Shown here piece by piece: positions 31,026-40,647 of a stretch of 64,000 nt of DNA. The DNA lies in assembly GCA_017618175.1 (NCBI GenBank), contig JAFZUT010000020.1:5728-69727 (forward strand), read 5' to 3'. Below the pieces are notes generated by a model, which saw only the letters and a list, made by a program, of their open reading frames with translations, was not told the origin of the DNA and made no database searches. Origin of the DNA: Alphaproteobacteria bacterium. GTDB lineage: Bacteria > Pseudomonadota > Alphaproteobacteria > Rs-D84. Both the position numbers and the translations under genes were made by a program. How positions within the stretch are numbered: position 1 is the first letter of the stretch; each line of letters begins with the position of its first letter.

Positions 31026-31217
31026 TGCTTATTTGTATCCCCCTGGTAAATAACATGTCCTCGGGGTATATTCTATCAAAAATAGAAATTTGATACAAGC
31101 ATAAAATCAACCCGGAAAAAAACGGCTATATACGGCGGAAATCTCGGGTTACTGCAAGATACTTTGTGTAAATGCGCAAAAAAATCTGCAAAAAAATACA
31201 AAAAATTTGATTTTTAT

Positions 31218-31245
31218 TTGACATCATAATTTAATAAACTATAAT
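31218..31245 (+). promoter_or_regulatory. Sigma70-type promoter for tRNA-fMet (TTGACA-N16-TATAAT)
   Basis: TTGACA at 31218-31223 and TATAAT at 31240-31245; the tRNA begins at 31258. Confidence 0.5.
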
Positions 31246-31257
31246 ACGCCTGTTTAT

Positions 31258-31334
<77 letters not shown>

Positions 31335-31346
31335 ATTAAATAAAAA

Positions 31347-31375
31347 TTGCACCAAAAACGGTGCAATTTTTATTT
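31347..31375 (+). terminator. Rho-independent terminator TTGCACC-AAAAAC-GGTGCAA + T-run after tRNA-fMet
   Basis: Hairpin followed by TTTTTATTT. Confidence 0.6.
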
Positions 31376-31506
31376 AACGTGTGTTGTGTTGGGTTTGAAC
31401 CACCGAGATAAGGTGGTTCACCACAAGCGAAAGCCAGACGGAAGTATGGCGGTCGCCCAACAGGCGATGAGCGCAGTTGGCGCGAAAATAAAATTTTTGC
31501 GAAATC

Positions 31507-31517
31507 ATCCCCCGCAA
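31507..31517. repeat. 11-bp copy (ATCCCCCGCAA) of the tRNA-fMet 3' end
   Basis: A direct repeat of 31321-31331. It may be chance or an old att remnant. Confidence 0.3.
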
Positions 31518-31545
31518 TACCCACAAAAAGTTCGAAAGTTGATAT

Positions 31546-31570
31546 TAAAAAAGTGGCGAAAAATCGCCAC
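31546..31570 (-). terminator. Terminator hairpin GTGGCGA-AAAAT-TCGCCAC with flanking A/T runs (ends the NADAR gene)
   Basis: A 7-bp stem, 18 nt after the stop at 31588. Confidence 0.5.
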
Positions 31571-31587
31571 TTTTGAACCATTTTCTA

Positions 31588-32046
31588 TTATTTTTGAAGT
31601 TCTTTCCTGATTTTCATCAAGATATTTCCTATACGATTTGTGCCACTACCTATACCAAAACCACACTTATAACACACCGGACAAGATTTTATTAATATCG
31701 CTTCACCTGTCTGTTTTAACATTTCTGCAACATCTGGATTTTGAGAAAATTTCGCACGCAGCCCATCTTCCATAATATCAAATTTATTCTCATCAAAATT
31801 CTTTCTGCGATTTATTTTATATTCTGGTGTTTTAGTAATAAGTCGCGCATCATCGGCATTTTCCAGATTTAAAATATTATTAAAACGCTCGTCATTGGCA
31901 TAAAATTTCATTGCCTGATAATAGTGTTCCACACTTGGAAATACATAAATATCACCATCAACAGACATCTTTATTGGAAATTTAGCCAAAGGACTTAAAA
32001 ACCAATATTTTCCAGTTGGAGTACAAAATCTAATCTCTTTCGGCAT
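31588..32046 (-). CDS. NADAR-domain protein (YbiA-like N-glycosidase / ADP-ribose-processing family)
   Basis: FLSPLAKFPIKMSVDGDIYVFPSVEHYYQAMKF matches E. coli YbiA FSNFAAWPIKVDGKTWPTSEHYFQAQKF, and RAKFSQNPDVAEML and GSGTNRIGNILMKIR align with later YbiA segments. Confidence 0.7.
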   Translation of the reverse strand: MPKEIRFCTPTGKYWFLSPLAKFPIKMSVDGDIYVFPSVEHYYQAMKFYANDERFNNILNLENADDARLITKTPEYKINRRKNFDENKFDIMEDGLRAKFSQNPDVAEMLKQTGEAILIKSCPVCYKCGFGIGSGTNRIGNILMKIRKELQK

Positions 32047-32199
32047 ATAAACACGTATCCTTTTTGTAGATTATATTCTAAACAGTTTTATTTGCAATAA
32101 CATTCTATTTCTATCAATCTCCTGCCCAATATCAACAATTCGGCTCGAGAACAGCATAGCGAAGTTCGAATAACTACAAATTTGCCCGCAGACACCAAC

Positions 32200-32226
32200 G
32201 GTGGCGAGGAAAATCCATCCCCGCGG
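32200..32226. repeat. Degenerate direct copy of the tRNA-fMet T-arm/3' acceptor end (GGTGGCGAGGAAAATCCATCCCCGCGG versus GGTGGTTCAAATCCATCCCCCGCAACC)
   Basis: About 20 of 27 positions are shared, in the same orientation, 866 bp downstream of the tRNA. Together with the tRNA it brackets the NADAR gene. Confidence 0.45.
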
Positions 32227-32318
32227 AAATATATAAATAATATTTATATATTTTTTACTTGTGTATATTTTTACAATTTTGCTAGCCTTGAAATAAGTAT
32301 AAAAGTGTTTGAGGGCAC

Positions 32319-33392
32319 ATGCAGGTATTAAAACGGATAATTTTTGCCGTTGTTTTTGCTATTGGAATTTTATTCCGTACGTCTGTTTATGCCGAAGACC
32401 AAAATAATTTTGAAGTTAAATTTACATTTACCGCCAGTGTGTCCAGGGCAAATCAATCAACAACATATTTTAAAATCAGTGCCCAAGGAACATTTTTTGT
32501 TGATTGGGGTGATGGAAATAAACAAACAATAACTCGAACAAATACAACCCAGGCAAGTTATTCACATACCTATACCAGCACAGGTACAAAAACAATAAAA
32601 CTTGGTGGACTTGCCACAGGATACAGCACAGCAAGTGAAGAAGCCAACGCCGCGATAAGTTTTGCGGATATAACCGTACTAACAGGAATATCCGGTTCAA
32701 TTGGACGAATCTTTCCAACCTTGGCAAACGGTTCACAACCATTATTTCGTGCGACATTTGCCGAATGTACTAATTTAGCAGGTTCAATTCCCCCAGAATT
32801 ATTTCAGGATGTTTATGGGGCGCCCCGTGAACATATGTTCCGCAGCCTTTTTTACAAAGATACAAAATTAACCGGTTCTATACCCGGTGAATTATTCAGC
32901 AGTATAAGGGGTGATCAAAAAACATCTTTATTCCAAGGAACATTTTATAATTGTTCTGGATTATCTTCGTTTATTCCACCTGAATTATTTGCGGGTATAA
33001 ACAAAACACCAACTGTTAGCAGTGCATTTTCAAATGTTTTTAACGGTTCTGGTTTGGTAACTTCGTGTCCAAGCGGTTACAAAAAATACACAACCGGTTT
33101 TGAAAGCAGTTTTAACAATAAAGTTTCATGTGAACCAAACGTGACTTGTTCCAGTGGATATGCAAGATATGGTTCTACATGTTATAGAATCTGTTCATTT
33201 GGTTCAAAATTTATGGTATCAACCGGTCTTAGTTTTGATGTATTTGGTGAACTTGAACCATCGGGTAATCCATCAATACACATAAAACTTGGTAACCAAG
33301 AATGTTATGTGTTTTCAAAACCCGGGGCATCAAATGGATTTAATTTCAAACATACCGATGGACAAACATATCATCTTGTTGGTGCGAATTGA
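32319..33392 (+). CDS. Secreted repeat protein with BspA-type leucine-rich-repeat-like units
   Basis: Signal peptide, then three repeats of F..C.nL.GSIPpELF (FAECTNLAGSIPPELFQDV / FYKDTKLTGSIPGELFSSI / FYNCSGLSSFIPPELFAGI), and a Cys-rich C-terminus. Confidence 0.4.
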   Translation: MQVLKRIIFAVVFAIGILFRTSVYAEDQNNFEVKFTFTASVSRANQSTTYFKISAQGTFFVDWGDGNKQTITRTNTTQASYSHTYTSTGTKTIKLGGLATGYSTASEEANAAISFADITVLTGISGSIGRIFPTLANGSQPLFRATFAECTNLAGSIPPELFQDVYGAPREHMFRSLFYKDTKLTGSIPGELFSSIRGDQKTSLFQGTFYNCSGLSSFIPPELFAGINKTPTVSSAFSNVFNGSGLVTSCPSGYKKYTTGFESSFNNKVSCEPNVTCSSGYARYGSTCYRICSFGSKFMVSTGLSFDVFGELEPSGNPSIHIKLGNQECYVFSKPGASNGFNFKHTDGQTYHLVGAN

Positions 33393-33395
33393 TGT

Positions 33396-34475
33396 TTAAT
33401 TATTAAACAAGAAATGGCAAATGTCGCCTTCCTGCATAACATAGTCACGCCCAACCAGGCGCATTTTACCCGCTTCTTTTACCGCAACTTCGCCACCATA
33501 TGTTATATAATCTTCGGGGGAAATAACCTCGGCCCGGATAAAACCACGTTCAAAATCTGTATGAATTTTACCGGCCGCCTGTGGCGCGGTCATACCCCGC
33601 GTTATTGTCCATGCGTGGGCTTCTTTGGGTCCAACGGTATAAAAAGTTTGCAACCCCAATGTTTCATATCCAGTTTTTATCACCTGCTCTAGCCCCGAAT
33701 GTTTCAAACCTAAATCTTCCAAAAACATTTTTCTTTCATCCGGGTCAACTATTTGCGCAATTTCCATCTCTATTTTCCCAGAAATTATCAACACTGGGTT
33801 TTTACCACTAAATTTATCAACAACCATTTGCGAATATTTATTCCCGGTTGCGGCGGACGATTCTTCCACATTACACACATAAATAACCGGTTTAGCGGTC
33901 AATAAATTAAACGGCTTACTATCAACATCTGTATCACGCGCCGGCACAGATTTTTCCAAATTTTCCCGTATTAAATTTGCATCGGCCAACAGTTTGATAG
34001 CGACTTTATCCAAACCATGTGCCTTTTTTTCAAGGTTTTTTATTTGTTTTGCCAAACTTTCCAAATCCGCCATCATCAATTCTGTTTCAATAGTATCAAT
34101 GTCGGCAATCGGGTCTATACGGCCGTCAACATGCACTATATCATCATTTTCAAAGCAACGAACAACATGGATTATTGCATCTGTTTCCAAAATATTCCCA
34201 AGGAATTTATTTCCCAACCCTTCCCCATTTGACGCACCACGCACCAGGCCCGCAATATCAACAATTTCCAATTGTGTGGGTATAATTTTGGCCGAATTAT
34301 CAACCGCCGCCAATTTATGCAGTGTTTCGTCCGGTACAACCACACGCCCTGTATTTGGTTCAATGGTACAAAAAGGATAATTTTGCGCATCCGCCGCGGC
34401 ACTTTGTGTCAATGCATTAAACAATGTTGATTTTCCAACATTTGGTAAACCAACAATTCCACAATTGAAACCCAT
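33396..34475 (-). CDS. ychF: Ribosome-binding ATPase YchF (Obg-family GTPase)
   Basis: MGFNCGIVGLPNVGKSTLFNALT and a TGS-like C-terminus. Confidence 0.9.
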   Translation of the reverse strand: MGFNCGIVGLPNVGKSTLFNALTQSAAADAQNYPFCTIEPNTGRVVVPDETLHKLAAVDNSAKIIPTQLEIVDIAGLVRGASNGEGLGNKFLGNILETDAIIHVVRCFENDDIVHVDGRIDPIADIDTIETELMMADLESLAKQIKNLEKKAHGLDKVAIKLLADANLIRENLEKSVPARDTDVDSKPFNLLTAKPVIYVCNVEESSAATGNKYSQMVVDKFSGKNPVLIISGKIEMEIAQIVDPDERKMFLEDLGLKHSGLEQVIKTGYETLGLQTFYTVGPKEAHAWTITRGMTAPQAAGKIHTDFERGFIRAEVISPEDYITYGGEVAVKEAGKMRLVGRDYVMQEGDICHFLFNN

Positions 34476-34502
34476 AACAAAATCCTTTATAATACAATTA
34501 AT

Positions 34503-35189
34503 ATGTCATACATGTGGAATGAATTCAATATAAAAACTTTTCCGGCGGAAACTATTGTTTACCGCGATGGTATTTATCAAGAAAAAATTTCAACTCTGCC
34601 GGAATTAAAAAATATAAATAAAAAATATGATTTACCGGTTCATATTATATATATTGGTAAAATCACCGGCGAAAATACATTAAATATAAACCTGAATCAA
34701 TCAAACCAACCGGTATTTTTAAGTGTAAATATAAAAAACAATTTCCCGGCTTTTTTTAATATTTTTATCAAAAATGCCGGGAAAAATTCCAACATTCTTG
34801 GTCATATTTTATTACAAAATTCATCTGATTTGGTTGTTAAAATAACCGCGGAACATTCTGCGCCAAATACCGGCATTTTATTACAAACAAAAATTATAGG
34901 TGAAAAAAACAGTTTTTCTAAAATTTCCGGCACGGCAATAATAGATAAAAATTGCGAAAATACCAAATCTGATATTCGGTTTGCAGGACACGCATTAGAT
35001 AAAAGTGCAAAAATAAGATTTACCCCAAAACAAAGAATATTATCTGTACCTGAATTTGCCGATCATAGTGCGTATATATTTCATCCAAATAAAGAACAAG
35101 AAAATTACCTACAAAGCGCCGGTCTTTCCAGTGCAGATTTGAAAGATGTACTTATAGAATCATTTATAAAAGATTTTAACCTGTTTTAA
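34503..35189 (+). CDS. SufD/SufB-family Fe-S assembly beta-helix domain protein (short, stand-alone)
   Basis: C-terminal ILLQTKIIGEKNSFSKISGTAIIDKNCENTKSDIRFAGHALDKSAKIRFTPKQRILSVPEFADHSAYIFHPNKEQENYLQSAGLSSADLKDVLIESFI follows the conserved SufBD pattern. No sufB or sufC gene is adjacent. Confidence 0.5.
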   Translation: MSYMWNEFNIKTFPAETIVYRDGIYQEKISTLPELKNINKKYDLPVHIIYIGKITGENTLNINLNQSNQPVFLSVNIKNNFPAFFNIFIKNAGKNSNILGHILLQNSSDLVVKITAEHSAPNTGILLQTKIIGEKNSFSKISGTAIIDKNCENTKSDIRFAGHALDKSAKIRFTPKQRILSVPEFADHSAYIFHPNKEQENYLQSAGLSSADLKDVLIESFIKDFNLF

Positions 35190-35251
35190 GTATATAAAAA
35201 ATACGGCATCCAAAAACGAACACCGTAATTATAAATAGAAAAACACGGGGT

Positions 35252-35386
35252 TTATTTTCTTTTGAAACCCTGTTTTGCTTTGAATTTTGGGTTATCAGGG
35301 TCAATCAGCACAACTTGTTTGCCACGACGAACCTGTTTAATATTCCCGCGTTTCTTCCACGCTTTCAAAGAACTTAAAAATTTCAT
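35252..35386 (-). CDS. rpmJ: 50S ribosomal protein bL36, zinc-independent type B (YkgO-like); below the ORF-track threshold
   Basis: MKFLSSLKAWKKRGNIKQVRRGKQVVLIDPDNPKFKAKQGFKRK aligns with E. coli YkgO [46 protein letters not shown]. It lacks the Cys ligands. Confidence 0.7.
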   Translation of the reverse strand: MKFLSSLKAWKKRGNIKQVRRGKQVVLIDPDNPKFKAKQGFKRK

Positions 35387-35440
35387 ATCTATATCCTTTT
35401 TGCCAAGGCATTATAAACACTTTTTAACAAAAATCAAATA

Positions 35441-35670
35441 ATATATTAATATTTTGTTATTATTGTTTAGGTTGTTGAAATTGTTGAAAAAGTATTTTTA
35501 ACAAAGTTTTCAACAATTTTATCCAATATTACCGGCATTTTTATCAAAATTGTTAAAAAAAGCCGGTATTCAAAATATGTTAAAAAATAAACAGTTTTTC
35601 AACAAATCTAACAATTTTATATTTTTATTTTTTATGCTTGTTGAAAATTGTTGAAATTGTTATAATAAGA
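35441..35670 (+). promoter_or_regulatory. Array of TTGTTGAAA(A/T)TTGTTGAAA motifs in both orientations, ending in a TTGTTG-N17-TATAAT promoter for virB3-virB4
   Basis: Copies at ~35462-35482, 35503-35518 (inverted), 35540-35550, 35594-35618 and 35637-35662. TATAAT is at 35661-35666, with RBS GGAGGG and the ATG at 35699. Confidence 0.45.
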
Positions 35671-35698
35671 TAAGTCCATATGGAGGGATTTTAATAAA

Positions 35699-36004
35699 AT
35701 GAAACAGCAGGTGCTGAAAGCTTTGGCGAATCCGTCGCATTTGTTTTATGTGCCATATACTTTGGCGGTGCTGAATTTTATGGTGCAATTTATTGTTTTT
35801 ACTATTTTATATATAATTGGAATATTTATTTTGAAAATAGATAAAGTTAATACTTATCTAAATCCTTTATATTTTTTAGCATCGGTTATAATTGTTCATA
35901 TGATTTTGGCTACTTTTTCAAAACGGGATGCACAACTGGGGCAAATTTTGGTGGCAAAAATAAAAATGTTCAAAAATAAAATTCCACGGAGATTGCCTGC
36001 ATGA
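35699..36004 (+). CDS. virB3: Type IV secretion system protein VirB3
   Basis: 101 aa with the VirB3-like LANPSHLFYVPYTLAVLNFMVQFIVFTILYIIGIF segment. It overlaps virB4 by ATGA. Confidence 0.65.
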   Translation: MKQQVLKALANPSHLFYVPYTLAVLNFMVQFIVFTILYIIGIFILKIDKVNTYLNPLYFLASVIIVHMILATFSKRDAQLGQILVAKIKMFKNKIPRRLPA

Positions 36005-38418
36005 TGAATAATTTTTTTGAATTTTTTGCCGGTGGTGGAATTTCCAATAACATGACTTTAACAGTTATGGTGGTGGCTGTTATTTTTATGTTTATTATAC
36101 TAATGATATTTATTCCAACAATTATTAAACATATATTTCCAAAGTTTGGATATAAACATTATGCGGAATATATACCATTTCAAACGGTTTATACAGATAA
36201 TTCGATTGAATTAGATGATGGTTGTTTGGTTCGTGTTTATTCGGTTGCCGGTGTTCAAACCAGTATGCAAACCGAAGAAAATCGTGCAAAATTCTTGGAC
36301 CTGCGTGCACAATTGTTTAATCAAATACATGATCCGAATGTTGTTATGCGATTTTTCACAATTCGTGATGCGGCGGGCGAAAATACAAATTACGAATTTG
36401 ATCAACCGGTTTTGCAAAAAATATATGATAAATGGCATTCCCAAGGATTAAAAATTTTCCTTAATAATTATTATATAGTTTTGTCTGTGCGCGGTGTATC
36501 TGCACGTGATAAATTAAATCAGTATGGAAATTATATTGAATCTATACTTGCACCATATAAACCAAAGGTATTAAAGAATAATTCGCGTGATAATATGGCA
36601 CGGTTTTTTGGTCGTATATTTTCACCAATTACTAAACCGGCACCCGCCGTTTGTGATGATAAAATCAAAGAATTATCGACTGTTGATGATGTTGAATTTC
36701 TACGTAATGGAAATGTTAAATATATAAGTGGTAGTCGTGAATATTATGCTGCACTTATTTCTTTCCGTGGTGCACCAGATTATTTAGATGAAGACTTTTT
36801 TGATTCTGTGAATACTATTCAAACAGAAATGATTTGTATGAATGGATTTAAAATTATGGATGCCGCCGCGGTCGAGGCCACATTACGTCAGCGCCGTAGT
36901 GCCGCCGACAAAGAACACGATACAACCGAAGAACAAATTTCCAGTGCAGAATCTGTAATGGATGAAAATGTATCTGGAAATCAAACATTGGTTAATTATT
37001 ATCCTTTGTTTGTTTTGTTTGGTAAAACACAGGAAGAATTAACAGAATATGTTGACGAATTTAAGAAGATATCCGCATCTTTTGGTGTGTCACCAATTCA
37101 AGAAAATTTTGCATCAAAAGTTTCTTGGTTCTCTATGATACCTGGGTTTGATACATTCCCACGAACCTTTAAAATGTTATCACGTGCTGCGGCTATATCT
37201 ATACCAATGTCTACAACTCCACGCGGTGTTACAAATTCTGATTGGGGTCCGGGACCATTGGTTGTATTCCCAACTGCCCAGGGTACACCATATCAATTCC
37301 AATTCCATGTTTCTGACAAACCTGCGGCGGTTGCACATACTTTAACAATTGGTCCAACCGGAGGTGGTAAAACAACATTATTCTCTTTTCTTATTGCACA
37401 ATCATTGCGGCATAAAAAATTAAAAGCATTTTTCTTTGACCGTAACAAAGGTGCCGAAATATTCACTCTTGCGGTTGGTGGCAAATACGTGACCATGCAG
37501 GGTAAAGAGAAAAATGAAACAGAATTTTTAACACACCTTAATCCATTAAAAATGCCGGATACGGTTGCGAACCGGGCATTTTTGCGCCGTTGGTTTGCGA
37601 TGATATCCGAACAAAACGATGCGTTATCCGCGGACGAGATTGCACGTGCGGTATCTGTGAATTTTGATTATTTGTCTGATAAAGACCGTATGTTAAAAAA
37701 TCTTTATGAAAGTTGTTTTTCATCCAGTGGGAAAATGCGTGCCGCATTAAAAAAATGGGTTGATCCATTACAATATGGTGAAATATTTAATGAAAATAGT
37801 GACACATTAGATTTACAATCGCGTTTAACAACATTTGATTTTACCGATATTTTACAAGACGCAACATTGGCGCCCGCGGTTATATCATATATATTACACA
37901 GAATAAATAATACGACCGTATCTGGTGGAAACCCATCATTAATTATGATTGATGAAACCGCACCTATGTTAGAAAACAAAATGTTCCGTGATAATTTTAT
38001 TGCCGGCCTGCAAGAAGGAAGAAAAAATCGCCAGGCATATATGGTCGCGTTCCAACGCGCAAATGTTTTGGATAAATTGGGTATTGGTGATGTTGTCCGT
38101 GGCCAGGCACAAACGATTATGTTCTTCCGTAATCCTGCGGCGGATGCGGCGGATTATGAACATTGGAATTTGAATCCGTTAGAAATGGCGTTTATCCAAG
38201 GCAAGGCATATCCTAATCTAAAACGTGCGGTGTTATTATCGCGCCCGGTGAATAATGAATCTGTAATTTTGAATACGGAACTTGGTGGGCTGGGGAATCT
38301 TTTAAGATTATTTGAATCTGGTCGTTCATCGGTGTTATTGGCCGAAGAATTATATAATCAATTTGGTTCAAATTTTGTCGCAGAATACCTTAAAAAGCAA
38401 GGTGCAGGTGATTTTTAA
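36001..38418 (+). CDS. virB4: Type IV secretion system ATPase VirB4
   Basis: 805 aa. Walker A TIGPTGGGKTTLFSFL, Walker B LIMIDE, and the CagE/TrbE/VirB4 domain layout. Confidence 0.9.
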   Translation: MMNNFFEFFAGGGISNNMTLTVMVVAVIFMFIILMIFIPTIIKHIFPKFGYKHYAEYIPFQTVYTDNSIELDDGCLVRVYSVAGVQTSMQTEENRAKFLDLRAQLFNQIHDPNVVMRFFTIRDAAGENTNYEFDQPVLQKIYDKWHSQGLKIFLNNYYIVLSVRGVSARDKLNQYGNYIESILAPYKPKVLKNNSRDNMARFFGRIFSPITKPAPAVCDDKIKELSTVDDVEFLRNGNVKYISGSREYYAALISFRGAPDYLDEDFFDSVNTIQTEMICMNGFKIMDAAAVEATLRQRRSAADKEHDTTEEQISSAESVMDENVSGNQTLVNYYPLFVLFGKTQEELTEYVDEFKKISASFGVSPIQENFASKVSWFSMIPGFDTFPRTFKMLSRAAAISIPMSTTPRGVTNSDWGPGPLVVFPTAQGTPYQFQFHVSDKPAAVAHTLTIGPTGGGKTTLFSFLIAQSLRHKKLKAFFFDRNKGAEIFTLAVGGKYVTMQGKEKNETEFLTHLNPLKMPDTVANRAFLRRWFAMISEQNDALSADEIARAVSVNFDYLSDKDRMLKNLYESCFSSSGKMRAALKKWVDPLQYGEIFNENSDTLDLQSRLTTFDFTDILQDATLAPAVISYILHRINNTTVSGGNPSLIMIDETAPMLENKMFRDNFIAGLQEGRKNRQAYMVAFQRANVLDKLGIGDVVRGQAQTIMFFRNPAADAADYEHWNLNPLEMAFIQGKAYPNLKRAVLLSRPVNNESVILNTELGGLGNLLRLFESGRSSVLLAEELYNQFGSNFVAEYLKKQGAGDF

Positions 38419-38419
38419 T

Positions 38420-39037
38420 ATGTTAAAAAAATTAATTGTTTTTTTATGTATTATTTCACCATTTTCATTATTTGCGAATGATTGTGTTAAATATAAACAA
38501 ACACCAAAAATTTCAGTTTTATCGCCTTTATATTCAACCAAAGTGGTTCAACCAGATGAACCAATGGATAAATATCACGGAAATGTGGTCGCAACATTTG
38601 TTGAAGATTATGATATATCTGTTGATATTTTTTATGATACGGACGGATATTGTGTCGCATTGAAATCTGTGGACGCATTGGTTGGTTATAATGATTTTTT
38701 AATCAAGATTGATAATTCAAACATTAAAAATTCTTGTTCATATAATGCAATATTAAATCACGAATATAAACATATTGACGAATATTTATCGGTTATGAAC
38801 GATTTAGGTCCAGATGTAAAAAGTTCAATATTTAATGCGGCAAATTCTGTTATGCCTGTATTTGCCCTAACGCGCGATGATATAGATTATGTAATAGAAA
38901 AAATGAATTATGAAATGCGCGACCATCCGGAATTGATTTTAATAAAGCAAAAAATAAATGCGGCCCAAGAAATTCGCAATAAACGCATCGACCAAAATGA
39001 AGATAATCACGAATTGAAATCATGTTTAATAAATTAA
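38420..39037 (+). CDS. Exported hypothetical protein immediately downstream of virB4
   Basis: ATG 2 nt after the virB4 stop, signal peptide MLKKLIVFLCIISPFSLFA, 205 aa. It is not VirB6-like (no polytopic region). Confidence 0.4.
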   Translation: MLKKLIVFLCIISPFSLFANDCVKYKQTPKISVLSPLYSTKVVQPDEPMDKYHGNVVATFVEDYDISVDIFYDTDGYCVALKSVDALVGYNDFLIKIDNSNIKNSCSYNAILNHEYKHIDEYLSVMNDLGPDVKSSIFNAANSVMPVFALTRDDIDYVIEKMNYEMRDHPELILIKQKINAAQEIRNKRIDQNEDNHELKSCLIN

Positions 39038-40647
39038 ACTAACATTTCAAATTTTTTACGCATACGGGAAATTTCATCGTCTATACGGCGGATTTCCGTG
39101 CTTACATCATTTTCGCCGGCAAGACCGCGCGCGGTTAAATCACGCTTTTGTTTTTCTAAACTTTCAATATATTTTTGAATTTTTAACGAAATTATATATT
39201 TTTCTGCGGCATTCAAATCTAAATCAAAATCTATTTTGACATTTGAATCTAAATCCAGATTAAATTTACTTATAAAATCACCGTACCTTTCGGCAATTTC
39301 TGGATATTTATTCACAATATATATAAGTGTATTTTTGATAACATTATCTATTTCTGGGACTTCTATATGAACATTTTCTGCGGTTTTTTTCCATTTGTGC
39401 CATTCATTAAATTTACGATTATTGTATTCGCGTTCATATTCTGCGCGTAATAATTTATCGGTAATTTTATCTGTTTGTGATTTCAAAAATTTTTCTGCTT
39501 GGACTTTTCCAGACGGGGTATTTATTAAATAATTTTTATTTGTAATTTTCCACATGAAATCAACCAATGGAACTGCATTGTTTATAATTTTCTCCATATC
39601 CCCCCTGCCCGATTTGCGCAAAATTTCATCCGGGTCTTTGCCGCCCGTCACAAATGCAAAACAGACATTTGAATTATCACGCAAAAATGGTAATATAATA
39701 CCGCACGCACGTGCCGCGGCCTTTTGTCCCGCGTTGTCACCATCAAAACAGAAAACAATATTCCGGTTTGCTTTGCACAAAATTGCGATATGGTCTTCGG
39801 TCAATGCAGTGCCAAGTGGTGCAACCGTTTCACCAAAACCATTACATTGCATTTGAATTGCATCAATTTGCCCCTCCACAATAATTGCGCGGTTTGCGCG
39901 GTGTATATTTTCGCGTGCAAAGTTAAAACCGAATAATGTTTGCCGTTTATGAAACATTTCCGTATCGGTTGTATTTATATACTTTGGTTCAGACCCATCA
40001 AGACTGCGCCCGGAAAAGGCGACAATTTGTCCACGTGCGTTAAAAATTGGAAACATCAATTTATCGCGAAAAAAATCGTATAACCCGTATTCACCGCGGC
40101 GGACCAAACCTGTTGCAATCAATTTATCTTGTTTAGTATTCACAAATTTATTCGCGATAATATTATTTTTTGGCGCATATCCAATACCATATTTTTTTAT
40201 CATTTCATCACTGAAACCGCGGCCGCGTATATATGAAAGTGCATGTGTACCTTCGGGTGTGAATAATTTTTCCGCATATATTTTTGCCGCCGCGGTCGTA
40301 ATTGTCACATATGTTTCTTCGGCTTCGATTTGTTCCGCGGTTTTTGGTTTATATTCCGGCAACTTTAATCCCGCCATATCCGCCAGTTCGGCAATCGCAG
40401 TTTTGAAATCAACATGTTCGCTTTCCATAGTAAAAGAAATAATATCGCCATGTTTTCCGCAACCAAAACAGTGGAAAAATCCTTTATCTTCACTGACCGA
40501 AAAAGACGGAGTTTTTTCATTATGAAACGGGCAACATCCCCAATAATTTTGACCCTTTTTGACCAATGGTACACGGCGGGATATAACGTCTACGATGGAA
40601 AGTCGTTCACGCAATTGGTCGGTAAAATTATTATCATATTTCGTCAT
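39034..40647 (-). CDS. dnaG: DNA primase
   Basis: CHC2 zinc finger (CPFHNEKTPSFSV...CFGCGKHGD) and a TOPRIM domain, 537 aa. Confidence 0.85.
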   Translation of the reverse strand: MTKYDNNFTDQLRERLSIVDVISRRVPLVKKGQNYWGCCPFHNEKTPSFSVSEDKGFFHCFGCGKHGDIISFTMESEHVDFKTAIAELADMAGLKLPEYKPKTAEQIEAEETYVTITTAAAKIYAEKLFTPEGTHALSYIRGRGFSDEMIKKYGIGYAPKNNIIANKFVNTKQDKLIATGLVRRGEYGLYDFFRDKLMFPIFNARGQIVAFSGRSLDGSEPKYINTTDTEMFHKRQTLFGFNFARENIHRANRAIIVEGQIDAIQMQCNGFGETVAPLGTALTEDHIAILCKANRNIVFCFDGDNAGQKAAARACGIILPFLRDNSNVCFAFVTGGKDPDEILRKSGRGDMEKIINNAVPLVDFMWKITNKNYLINTPSGKVQAEKFLKSQTDKITDKLLRAEYEREYNNRKFNEWHKWKKTAENVHIEVPEIDNVIKNTLIYIVNKYPEIAERYGDFISKFNLDLDSNVKIDFDLDLNAAEKYIISLKIQKYIESLEKQKRDLTARGLAGENDVSTEIRRIDDEISRMRKKFEMLV

